Below, in pieces: positions 45,311 to 55,043 of a DNA stretch of 64,000 bases; positions within the stretch are counted from its first letter, which is position 1, and every line of letters begins with the position of its first letter. The position numbers and the translations under genes were made by a program. The notes below the pieces were generated by a model, which did not search any database, had not been told where the DNA came from, and was given only the letters and a program-made list of their open reading frames with translations. The DNA is from Naegleria gruberi (Eukaryota): assembly GCA_000004985.1 (NCBI GenBank), contig GG738897.1; one strand, given 5' to 3'.

Positions 45311-45504
45311 CAAACTCCTCTGATTGAGAGCTAGTTGATGACTTTTAGCATAATCTTGCAATAATAGAAATTCCCCGATTCCAACTAGAATAGTTATAAT
45401 GGAATCTTCAGGAGTTGGAGTTGTGGTTCCAATTTGTGGGTATAAAAATAACTTGGTTTACTACTCAACTGCGTGACAAAAGTTTTTTTTTCAAATTAAT
45501 ACTT

Positions 45505-45578
45505 CCCTTTGTAGTTCAATGGTTAGAACGTGCGACTGATCCACTCGCAAGATTCAGGTTCAACTCCTGGCAGAGGGT
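45505..45578 (+). tRNA. tRNA-like gene with an atypical 9-nt anticodon loop CTGATCCAC; paralog of 38696..38769 in inverted orientation
   Basis: CCCTTTGTAGTTCAATGGTTAGAACGTGCGACTGATCCACTCGCAAGATTCAGGTTCAACTCCTGGCAGAGGGT. It has the same scaffold as the 38696 element, differing mainly in the loop. The 3' trailer is TCCTGAATTTTGG. Confidence 0.55.
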
Positions 45579-45763
45579 TCCTGAATTTTGGTCTTCCTAA
45601 GATGCTAGAGACATTAATAAACACCTTTTATTTTGAAGGGTTTTCTATCAGCAATTCCAATATTTGTTCTTCTCCAATGATTCGAATATAAATGTTATTA
45701 GAAACTTGAGCAACCCTCTGACTTGTTCAAGTTCTTGCCAATTACTATGAGTGCCCATTCACC

Positions 45764-46069
45764 ATGTTCAAGCCAACTTCCATACTATCCATTATGTTAA
45801 ATAGACCACCTGCCACCTGTCATCCAAATCAAAAACAAAAAAAAATGGTCAGCATTTACAGATTCTTTATGAATTGTCTTTTACTCTTTATTGGTGTCGT
45901 CTTTCCACCATTTGGTTTCCCACTTGTCATTGGTGAACATGTTCATGATGTCAATACTAGATATAAATATTGGGGATTGAATATTCTCTTGACTATTTGT
46001 TTGTGGCTTCCTGGAGTTATTCACTTCTTGTACTATTGGATTAAATCAGGTCATTTCTGTGCTGATTAA
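45764..46069 (+). CDS. Pmp3/UPF0057 (YqaE, RCI2/Lti6) family small membrane proteolipid
   Basis: The C-terminal 60 aa (CLLLFIGVVFPPFGFPLVIGEHVHDVNTRYKYWGLNILLTICLWLPGVIHFLYYWI) matches the two-TM Pmp3 consensus (..LPP.gV.......iN.lLTil.w.PG.ih..y.i). The true start may be the internal MVSIYRFF. Confidence 0.7.
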   Translation: MFKPTSILSIMLNRPPATCHPNQKQKKMVSIYRFFMNCLLLFIGVVFPPFGFPLVIGEHVHDVNTRYKYWGLNILLTICLWLPGVIHFLYYWIKSGHFCAD

Positions 46070-46299
46070 ATTGTTTAGAATAACGTTTCGAATAAATATT
46101 TCTGTTTGAATTGATGATGAAAAATTGCAAGTATGTGATGACAAGTTAAACGGCTACATATGTTTTGGGTGTTGATTCTAAAAAAGGTCATTTAGTTGGC
46201 GCCATTCTGTGAAATTTTCCTTCACATTCACTTTGCCTTTGTTTCCAATACTGTTTTTCATTCGATAGAAACAATTTACCATTTATTTAATCAAATTTA

Positions 46300-48810
46300 C
46301 TACTTTTTAATGGTCAATGGATCATAATCTGGATTCAATGAGCTTCCACAAGTAGCCACTTTTCCAAAATAGGAAAATTCAGAACTAGCCATTCCAGGAA
46401 TCATCAAATCATCACTTTTTACAACTTGAATCGTATCAACATGGAAAGTTCTCAATATTGTTGATGGTTCTGTCAAACTAAATCTCAACTTTTTGAGTGA
46501 AAATGAACTTGTTGTAAACTCAGAAATTGGAATTCTTACTCGTGCTGTTGTATTGTCAATCTTGTAATTTAAAACGTGCTCCTTCTTTACAATTACTTGT
46601 TTACCGAAAGCAGTTACTGAAATATTGAGTGGTCCATAATTATCTGAAACTCTAACAAAGAATTCGAAATGAGAATAGGCAGCACCGCTCAAACCATTAG
46701 TTCTTTCAAGATAGACATCACCACTTCCCATAATCATCTTGATTGCATTACCACATAATCCTCCTTCTCCATTAACTTCATAGGAAGCATCTCCATTTCC
46801 AGTAACAGTCGAGAATGAATTCAAATTGTCTGTGAAGAAGGCATTTCCAAAAGTTCCGTAATTGACACATGAATCTGTGGCATTGGCTATTGGAGGAGGT
46901 AAGGCACATGTCGAAGTAGTCGAATTACTGCAATATAATTGAGCTCTCAAATGTCCAGTTGGATTTTGAGTGGTTGACAATTTGACAAACATTTGACCTT
47001 TCAATAGAGCTACTTGTTCTTGATAAGATAAATCAAGGAGGAAACGACTGACACCATAAGGGGATATTGGATTATCCAATCCTGGATGGATAATTCTCTC
47101 TTGAGTACCGACAGCTCCAATTCCAACTGAAATTTCAGTGGCGATTAAATTCAAATTGTGGAAAACTGTGAAATCTAAAAGTTTTGCTTTGAAATCCCAA
47201 AATGCAAAGACTTTTCCTGAGCCATTTGAGCCAATGAGGGATGAGTTGACTGCTTTTTGTTGGCAGACTTCTAAATTTCCAACAAATCGATCTTCCTTCA
47301 TTAAGGTATTGTAAACTAATTTGGAAGAAGTTGGATTACCAAATTTAGATGGAGCACAGTTATTGTTTGGACAAGTTGCAACAATTCTAATCAAACCAAC
47401 ACTATGATAATCAGAAAATGGGTAAACATTCTCAAAATCATCTCTTGGCACTCTATTTTGTAACTTGACATATAAATGCTCAGTTGTCTGATTGTAATAT
47501 GCCAATTCATTTGGTGAAACCATGACCTCAGCCAATGAACTTGCCCAAGTCACAGGATACGTATTCGAACTTCCACTTTCTGACCAAGTTATCTTGAAAT
47601 CTGTCTTATTTGGATACTGAATTGCCAACACAATCCAATCATAGTTGACTGCATTTTTCAAGCTGACGGACAAATCTCTCGGAGTTGGATGATCATTTGG
47701 CCATCTCAGTCCATAAAATCCTCTATTAAGCAAGTTATATTGTATTACCCATGTGTTATCATTACCTCCTGGGCTTCCATTGGATGGTCCTTGAATATTT
47801 CTCAATTGGTCAACCACGTACATTCTTGGTGTGATGATATTTGCGTTTTTCAATTCAGGTTGTGCAACTCCTTTGGATGAGGTAGTATTGTATGTTGTAA
47901 ACTCGTTATTTCCGACCCTGAGTTGAACGAACATTTCACCAGTTGCGGGACAACCATAAGCACTCCAATCACTATTCGAAACACAACCAGAAAAGGCGTT
48001 CAATGGATCTTGACCAACAATCCAACCTCCACTTGGAAAACCACTAATACTTCCATCCAAATCTGCCCAAATTCCCATTCTCTGGTTATCATATGGAGTA
48101 TTATTCAAGGCATAGAACTTGTTAGAATTAATAAAGGTCAACCCAAAGAGTTTGTTAACTGCTGATTCCAATTGTTTACGAGAACGATGAGAAACTGCAC
48201 CAGAGGCCTTATATGCATCTGGAATAAAGTTAATAAATGTGCAATTGTAAAGTAATTGAGGACCGTCGTCTTCATAAACTTCGTAACCACGAATGATCAA
48301 CTCATCACTTGCATAGAGTTGAGGACGAGTTCTACCACCAACGTCAACCTTTGATCTGAAACTTGAATCGCCTACATTAGAGGTCTCACCAATCATGATA
48401 GAGTTTCTTGTAATAGTTGGTCCCTTTGGTGCAGTAATTTGTACGTTATTGTCAAATGCCAAAAAGTTTTCCAAATAAAGAACTCCTCCCTTAACCCAAG
48501 CTCCATAATCTCTATTCTTGTAAGCAGTAAAACGGAAGAATGAAGCTGACCCATTCAATGGGTAGTATCCCTCAGTTTCTAATGTACCATCAGAAAGCAA
48601 CATTTCATCAATCCACAATCCAGTAATTGAGCTGTGAGCAACGTTATCTTCGAATGGAGCCATTGCTGTTCTTCTTGGATTGAAATCTTGACCTGCATAG
48701 ATGGTAGCACTCATTCCAACAGGGAAAACTGGGAAAGAGAGCCAGAATCCGAACTTACCACCCACAGCAACGTTTCCAATAAAGGTATTGTTTGGCTTTT
48801 TTATGGTTGA
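46300..48810 (-). CDS. large secreted parallel beta-helix (PbH1) repeat protein, exon 3 (CEMIP/TMEM2-like)
   Basis: 837 codons are open from the acceptor at 48810. The exon is joined to exon 2 by an unusually short 31-nt GTAAGT..TTTTAG intron (48811-48841), phase 0. Confidence 0.6.
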   Translation of the reverse strand, partial: STIKKPNNTFIGNVAVGGKFGFWLSFPVFPVGMSATIYAGQDFNPRRTAMAPFEDNVAHSSITGLWIDEMLLSDGTLETEGYYPLNGSASFFRFTAYKNRDYGAWVKGGVLYLENFLAFDNNVQITAPKGPTITRNSIMIGETSNVGDSSFRSKVDVGGRTRPQLYASDELIIRGYEVYEDDGPQLLYNCTFINFIPDAYKASGAVSHRSRKQLESAVNKLFGLTFINSNKFYALNNTPYDNQRMGIWADLDGSISGFPSGGWIVGQDPLNAFSGCVSNSDWSAYGCPATGEMFVQLRVGNNEFTTYNTTSSKGVAQPELKNANIITPRMYVVDQLRNIQGPSNGSPGGNDNTWVIQYNLLNRGFYGLRWPNDHPTPRDLSVSLKNAVNYDWIVLAIQYPNKTDFKITWSESGSSNTYPVTWASSLAEVMVSPNELAYYNQTTEHLYVKLQNRVPRDDFENVYPFSDYHSVGLIRIVATCPNNNCAPSKFGNPTSSKLVYNTLMKEDRFVGNLEVCQQKAVNSSLIGSNGSGKVFAFWDFKAKLLDFTVFHNLNLIATEISVGIGAVGTQERIIHPGLDNPISPYGVSRFLLDLSYQEQVALLKGQMFVKLSTTQNPTGHLRAQLYCSNSTTSTCALPPPIANATDSCVNYGTFGNAFFTDNLNSFSTVTGNGDASYEVNGEGGLCGNAIKMIMGSGDVYLERTNGLSGAAYSHFEFFVRVSDNYGPLNISVTAFGKQVIVKKEHVLNYKIDNTTARVRIPISEFTTSSFSLKKLRFSLTEPSTILRTFHVDTIQVVKSDDLMIPGMASSEFSYFGKVATCGSSLNPDYDPLTIKK

Positions 48811-48841
48811 CTAAAAAATTGTAAAGAACTTTCAAACTTAC

Positions 48842-49161
48842 ATTTGTAATCCAATAGACACTAGCATCACAATCCGATGGAATAATTTGTAATTGATCAG
48901 CATCTCCAACCGGATTCACTTTTACGCCTAAATTATTTCTAAATTCATTTCCAAATTCGGAACCATCTTCCAAATAAAAAGCATGACCTGTAATATTGAA
49001 ACAGATATTGTTTTTCACGAGAATGTTTCTAGAATCATGAATGACGATGCATCTTTGATAACTATTCCAAATGGCATTGTTTGCAATCATGAATTGAGTG
49101 GAAATTTGTTTGCTTGTGTCTTTTAACAAGTGAAGATGTAATCCGTATCTTCCCATTAAAC
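48842..49161 (-). CDS. secreted PbH1-repeat protein, exon 2
   Basis: The exon encodes ..IANNAIWNSYQRCIVIHDSRNILVKNNICFNITGHAFYLEDGSEFGNEFRNNLGVKVN.., a right-handed beta-helix repeat signature. A 62-nt intron (49162-49223) lies upstream. Confidence 0.6.
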
Positions 49162-49223
49162 CTAAATATGAATAAACATTTAGATTTAGAGTTGAAATTA
49201 ACTGGAAATTATTCGAAACTTAC

Positions 49224-50172
49224 CTTTTTGACCAACATTTCTCAACTCAACTCCAACAAACTGAAATTGCTTAACCAATCTAACAATCAAATGAGATCCA
49301 AAACTGGATGCATCACTTGAATCATCTCCCTTAAACACAATTCTTCTGGTCAACAATGCAACTTCTGAAAATGTGTAATCTTTACCAACGTGTGTGAAAT
49401 TTAGCGGACTTTCCAATGTCAATGTCAAACCATCAGCTGAAATTGCCTTAATAGTAGCTTTTTCATTTTGATCTGGAAAAGCAACACCTCTTTGCCAATT
49501 TCTGGAAGTGTCATTCATTATCTTGAAATCAACAACTTCACCATAATCAGTTGAAGTTAGCAAAATGTCATCGCCAACACTCCACATGCCAGTGACAGAT
49601 TCTTTCAATGTGATAGAGCTGGTATTCTTGAGTGCAGTAGCATTAAGACGTGTCCATGCCTTATCATTAATCAATTGTCCAACAACTTGAACAGTGGCAC
49701 CTGTCAAAAATGCAATTCCCTTATTTCCTAAATTAGCATTATCATATGGATCAGTACCAAGTGTATTTTCAGTAGATCTAGGACCATAAAATGTAATGGT
49801 AATCTTCTTATAGATAGGACATGAAGTACTTCCCATAATAAACGAAGCATTTCCTTCAACTCTAATGTGATTGACGTTAATATTCATGAATTTGTTGTCA
49901 AAGATTAAAGATCCACCACTTTGGACTGTGATTGAGCCATACTTGACTGGTGGGGAGGTTTTGATTAATACTTTCTGACCTGAAGTGATTACAATGGCAG
50001 ATTCAGCGACTGTGTAATTAGAAAGTGAACTAAAGTCGACTAAACCTGATTGACCGTAAGGACATGCTTGACCATTGGCAAAACCAAACCAACACGCGCT
50101 AATAACAAGAAGCGATGCTAATAAAGCTAGTAATTTCATTTTTTTTACAATGATAAGCTCTTCAAGTTCCAT
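49224..50172 (-). CDS. secreted PbH1-repeat protein, exon 1 (signal peptide, G8-like N-terminal domain)
   Basis: ATG at 50172. The signal peptide is MKLLALLASLLVISA. A Gly-rich beta region resembling a G8 domain follows. Confidence 0.55.
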
Positions 50173-50674
50173 TACTTGCTCTATTTATTTGTTGACTAGT
50201 GACAGATGTTAACTGGATTTTACGTACTGGAAGAGGAACAACTTTTTAGAACTGACCAGTTTGGGGGTTGAACAGAGTTTTTCTTTTGAGTGAACTCCCA
50301 TTGTCAAGCTACCCAACAGTCCAATCAATAATTTTCCATTCCAATAAGACAGTTCTCATTTCGAACTAAATGATTCGAATAAGAGGTTACATGATTTCAC
50401 ACAATTACAATCCTTTTGTAAAGATTTACAGTTTCTAACATTCAACCAATACCCATCTTCGTTTCAATTATCTCTCTAGAGTCCAAACATCCAACCTAAA
50501 CTATTCTAAAACTAATTCCCAAGTTCATTACAAAAAAATGGGACAAACACAACACACTGCCATTCCACCATCCAATTCTTCACCACCACCACCACCAGAA
50601 AATGAACATCACAACATACAACAATTAATTATCAACAACAAGATGAATGGGCCGAAAGAATTTTACTCGTCGGA

Positions 50675-51826
50675 TTGAGAAGAAGTGGAAAGACACTCTT
50701 TCTTCAAACCTTGTGTCCTGATACAGTTTTATATAAAGATTTATTAGAATCTGTGAGTGGGAAAGTATTGCAACATATTCTGAAAGCAATGATGATTCAT
50801 AATGTTGAGGAAAAATTATTAGAATTGATGAAAATTGTGAAAATGTTTGATGAGGATGGAGAGAAAATTTCCAAGAATTTGCAAACTTTTGTTGAATTGT
50901 ACGTGAGAAGTAATTCATTACCTGCTGAGAGACCTATTTCTTTTGTGGAATTATTGTTGGATTTGTGGAAGTTTCGAATATTTGCAGAGTTTTATTATGA
51001 GAATATGGATAGATTTTATTTTAATGAAAATTTGGAATTGTTTGTTGACAAGATGAGAATGCATCGAGAGGATGGAATACTTTTTGATCCACTTCGAATA
51101 ATTTCAAAGGAAACTCTTGGATTTACAGCAGCTGTCAAGAAATTGGATAACAATTCCATTACTATAATTGAAAATAGAGGAACAAGACCTGATACAAATC
51201 TGAATGCCAAAAAGGTATTAGTGTTAACTGTTTCCCTGGTAGATTGCATGATTTCTGTAAAGGATGAAAGCAATTTACTGAACTTGACAACATTCACTTC
51301 ATATCCAAACTCCAAATTCGATTCTGCACTTTCCTTCTTTGAAGATATTGCCAAAAGCAGAGCATTGAAAGATTTCCAACAAAACACTCGTGTCTGTATC
51401 CTCTTTACAAAAGCAGATTTACTAATGAAACGATTGGAAAAATTCGAAACCTTTCCACGACATGAAAAGGAAGAATGTAAAACAATCCAGAGAAATGAAA
51501 TTTCAAATTTGAGAAATTTCTTCATGGAACGAAATGTCATTAATTATGTAGTGAATGAATTTTATGAAATTTTACGGAAATCTGGAATGGAAAGTATTGA
51601 ATTTGATTATCACATTATTAATGCATTGAATGAGGAGGAAGTGAATCGTGCATTTGAACTCATTGTAAAACCACTCAATCAACGAGGAGTTTCGAAACAT
51701 TATCTTTCTCCATGCCTTTACAGACCTTTAGAATACATTCCAATACAATTGTACAATAATCTTAACAATCAATACCTCACTGATGTTGTCATTATTACAA
51801 ATCCATCAAGAAACCAATCATTCTAA
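50675..51826 (+). CDS. degenerate G-protein alpha-subunit-like (pseudo-GTPase) protein; the N-terminus appears frameshifted
   Basis: The in-frame upstream extension reads ..ERILLVGLRRSGKTLFLQ, a P-loop GxxxxGKT (compare LLLLGAGESGKST). NTRVCILFTKADLL stands in place of the NKxD motif. The DVGGQ switch II is replaced by ENRGTRPD. An MGQTQHTA... ORF from ATG 50538 is in a different frame and stops at 50678. Confidence 0.5.
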   Translation: MRRSGKTLFLQTLCPDTVLYKDLLESVSGKVLQHILKAMMIHNVEEKLLELMKIVKMFDEDGEKISKNLQTFVELYVRSNSLPAERPISFVELLLDLWKFRIFAEFYYENMDRFYFNENLELFVDKMRMHREDGILFDPLRIISKETLGFTAAVKKLDNNSITIIENRGTRPDTNLNAKKVLVLTVSLVDCMISVKDESNLLNLTTFTSYPNSKFDSALSFFEDIAKSRALKDFQQNTRVCILFTKADLLMKRLEKFETFPRHEKEECKTIQRNEISNLRNFFMERNVINYVVNEFYEILRKSGMESIEFDYHIINALNEEEVNRAFELIVKPLNQRGVSKHYLSPCLYRPLEYIPIQLYNNLNNQYLTDVVIITNPSRNQSF

Positions 51827-52314
51827 TTGACAAGCTAATGACAAATACTTCCAAAAAGTTTAGTCTCAACTTTCCAATAATCGACACTAACCAAAACTAA
51901 ACTCAAATCTTCAGAGTCTATTAAAGGAAATTGCAATAAATGAAACTCAACACTTTCCCCAAAAGACATCCAAAGTAAATTACCATCAAATTTAATATGT
52001 GAAATTGTCACAGCAGGAAAGAACCATTGGTGAGTTAATTTGACATTGAGCAGATCAATACTGTTAAATACTCTTCCTTTGTAAAGAGTTGGAGGATGTG
52101 GACAAGTTGCTAGTCGCCATTGAAAAGACACAACCATAAAGTCAACCAACATGCCAAGTGTCAATAATTAAAATAGAAAGGTGCCAGTTACGAAAGCCAT
52201 TTTTACATATTTGAGGTGAAGTGCGAGGTCTGCAAGCCGTTGCGTCATTATCAAACAATTTAACATTCAAAAAAAAAAGATTAATTTCACACGAAACGAA
52301 ACTATTCGAAACCA

Positions 52315-53244
52315 ATGGTCGCTTACTTTGCTTCATTAGCTTCGTTAGATAACAATTTCGAAGATTTACGACCACGTAGACCTACCAAGGTTTCTCCCAG
52401 ATCTTCCACAAGCTCTTCTCCAAGAAATAATGCTGGGGAACATTCGCCAACGAGCCAAGATTCGTCCGACATTCTTCAACTTTCTCCAACAACAAGTATG
52501 ACGAAATTACCAGTAGAAAGGACTCGTTCACATTCGAATAGTGGTAACAGTACCTATTCTTCATCTTCAGTTTCGTCGAGTGGGTCTCAGAGTGTTAGAC
52601 GAAACTCACCATTAGAAAGTCCACAACCTCTGGAAAGGTCGATTCGTGAAATGGCAAGAAATTATGTGATCAATATTGAAAAGTTCCTGTCTACCAATAA
52701 TCATGATGAAAATGAGAGCTTTTCAGAGTTTCTCAAGTCTGAATGTAATTTGGCCCCTTTAGAATTTTATCAGAAAGTAACCGAATTCACGACTAAACCG
52801 GAAAAGAAGGAATTGGCACGTTATTTGATAAAGAATTATATCAAGGAAAGAAGTAATAGTGAAATTAATATTGCAAATAATGTGAGAGAAGTCATTTTGA
52901 AGGAATATAAGGAATGCAAGCACAACAATAGTCAAGTTTCGTCTAATATTTTCGAAAAGGCCTGTAATGAAGTTAAACTGTCGCTCAAGAATGACAGTTT
53001 CACAAGATTTGTTGCCAGTGAACAATTCAGCAAGTTAATTTTGAAGAAATTCAATCAAGCAAACAAATCACTAGATTCGAATAATTCTACAGAAATATTG
53101 GAATCCATTTTCGAATCAATTGGTTCTCTCTCCCCACTTTCCTCTCCTAAATTCTCTGCTCATTCTCATCCTCAAAATATTGTAAACAAATCTTTGGATA
53201 CTATTGCAAACTCTCAAATTATTGTAACTCCTCCAAATGAGTAA
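52315..53244 (+). CDS. RGS-domain protein with a Ser-rich N-terminus
   Basis: ATG start. The RGS-like segment is (ERSIREMARNYVINIEKFL...LEFYQKVTEF...ARYLIKNYI...FEKACNEVKLSLKNDSFTRFVASEQF). Confidence 0.7.
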   Translation: MVAYFASLASLDNNFEDLRPRRPTKVSPRSSTSSSPRNNAGEHSPTSQDSSDILQLSPTTSMTKLPVERTRSHSNSGNSTYSSSSVSSSGSQSVRRNSPLESPQPLERSIREMARNYVINIEKFLSTNNHDENESFSEFLKSECNLAPLEFYQKVTEFTTKPEKKELARYLIKNYIKERSNSEINIANNVREVILKEYKECKHNNSQVSSNIFEKACNEVKLSLKNDSFTRFVASEQFSKLILKKFNQANKSLDSNNSTEILESIFESIGSLSPLSSPKFSAHSHPQNIVNKSLDTIANSQIIVTPPNE

Positions 53245-53836
53245 TTTACTTTCCAATAAGATTATTAGAATTGATAACAAGATGGAATTATAGAACTATA
53301 GCAATGCGAGTAATTGAAAAAGTGACAGAATTGTTCACTATTTCTAAAATTGTAAACTAATTTTTCAATTAAAATATTTTTGAAATTAATTTTTTTATGG
53401 TTCAATTAATGGTTAATATCTCACAGGTTGAAACTTGAAACAAAGTCTAGAGATATACACTCCAAACCAATTAACAAAGTTGATGAGATTACAAAGATTG
53501 ATCAAATTTGTTTAAGAAATGTGCTAAACGTGGATTAAAGTTCATCTATATCATTACTGTTCACCTTAATAAGACTTGCATGAACATCTCAAATAACAAA
53601 GATTCTTTCTTCCTTACCAAGGCAATTTAAGATCCAATTCTAAGGTTCAGATTCAATCTCTACGAACACTTTTAAAGTCCATTTTAAGGTTGCCACGTTC
53701 CGAAAAACAATTAAAAAAAATCTCATCAACATAAAAAGCCTTAACGTTTTTAAAAAAAACACATCACGAGCCATCACAACAAACCGCCACCTTAAACCTT
53801 AGCCGCTAGAACGATAACAAACAATTCTCAAGAAAA

Positions 53837-55015
53837 ATGTCCTCCATCACACAACGGGAAGCACCACCTTACACTAGAATTCAATATGTTTCGCTTTCAA
53901 CTCTTGGGGTCATCACGGAAAAGATGAAGACTAAGATATTAACAGTGGCTACTAAGGAAAATTCCAAGCACAATATTACTGGAGTTTTGATTTGTGTGAG
54001 GGATATGTTCTTTCAGATTATTGAAGGAAAGACTGCTGATATTGAACAATTATTTGCAAATATTGTCAATGATTCGAGACATAATAATGTTGCATGTGTC
54101 GACAAGTCGTATTTTGAAAGTGAGGATGATAGAATGTTTCCTTCGTGGGATATGAAATCAATTGAGGTTGATTGTTTGTTTCCTACCAAGAAGGATGTAT
54201 TGATTTGTGGGGAAAATTGTAATCCACTCGATCCAACTCATAAGAGAGTTATTGAGACTGCATTCTCTGCTTTTACAACAATGATGGGAAGTATGTTCAG
54301 AGCTCAACAAGTGTTCAAGAATTATGCCCAACCAAGTGTAACCAAATTTGTTAGGGATGGATTGAATCCTCTCTGTATTCAATCTGTTGTTACGGAAAAG
54401 ATTGTAGTTTTTATTGACCTTGTAAATTATACCACCTTGACAGAAATCATTTCTCAATCGAGAAGCGTTGCAGAAATTGTAAGAATTCTCAACTTGTTCT
54501 TTGCCTGCGTTATGGAAATTGTCGAAGAGCACGGTGGAGACATTACCAAGTTGATTGGTGACTGTGTAATGTGTCATTTTGATGGGAAAGATTCACAAAA
54601 GGCCATTGATTGTTCGTTGAAAATATTGGAACGATTAGACCATCTCAGATATGAAACAACAGATCCATTCGAAAAGCTCATCTACTGTACAATAGGAATC
54701 TCGAAGGGTGAGGTCATTTTGGGAAATGTTGGCACAGTTGGAAGAAAGCTTGACTATACAGTCATTGGTGATTCAGTAAACACATCAGCAAGATTACAAT
54801 CCTTTGCCTCCACTACTCAATACTATCTCATTTTCGATGAGAATGTAAAGAATGATTTGATTAATGAAGATTATGTAATATCGTGTGGTTCGATTGAATT
54901 GAAAGGAAAGAGAAATACAGTCAATGCCTACACAATAGAGAATGTATATAATAGAAAACCTCAGAAAGAAGATTTGAATGGTCTTTTCAATGTGTGTTCT
55001 TTATCAATATTGTAA
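53837..55015 (+). CDS. BLUF domain + class III adenylyl/guanylyl cyclase (photoactivated adenylyl cyclase-type protein)
   Basis: N-terminal BLUF signature: YTRIQYVSLS...NITGVLICVRDMFFQIIEGK...NDSRHNNVACVD...FPSWDM. C-terminal cyclase homology domain: VVFIDLVNYTTL...HGGDITKLIGDCVMCHF...IGISKGEVILGNVGTVGRKLDYTVIGDSVNTSARLQS. Confidence 0.85.
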   Translation: MSSITQREAPPYTRIQYVSLSTLGVITEKMKTKILTVATKENSKHNITGVLICVRDMFFQIIEGKTADIEQLFANIVNDSRHNNVACVDKSYFESEDDRMFPSWDMKSIEVDCLFPTKKDVLICGENCNPLDPTHKRVIETAFSAFTTMMGSMFRAQQVFKNYAQPSVTKFVRDGLNPLCIQSVVTEKIVVFIDLVNYTTLTEIISQSRSVAEIVRILNLFFACVMEIVEEHGGDITKLIGDCVMCHFDGKDSQKAIDCSLKILERLDHLRYETTDPFEKLIYCTIGISKGEVILGNVGTVGRKLDYTVIGDSVNTSARLQSFASTTQYYLIFDENVKNDLINEDYVISCGSIELKGKRNTVNAYTIENVYNRKPQKEDLNGLFNVCSLSIL

Positions 55016-55043
55016 ATAAACTTTTTAAAAAAATGTCAAAAAA

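Noticed and set aside
48755-48765. Programmed frameshift joining ORFs 48755..49156 and 46300..48765
   Set aside because: A canonical GTAAGT...TTTTAG intron of 31 nt restores the frame exactly and keeps homology across the junction. Splicing is the simpler explanation, though transcript confirmation is needed.
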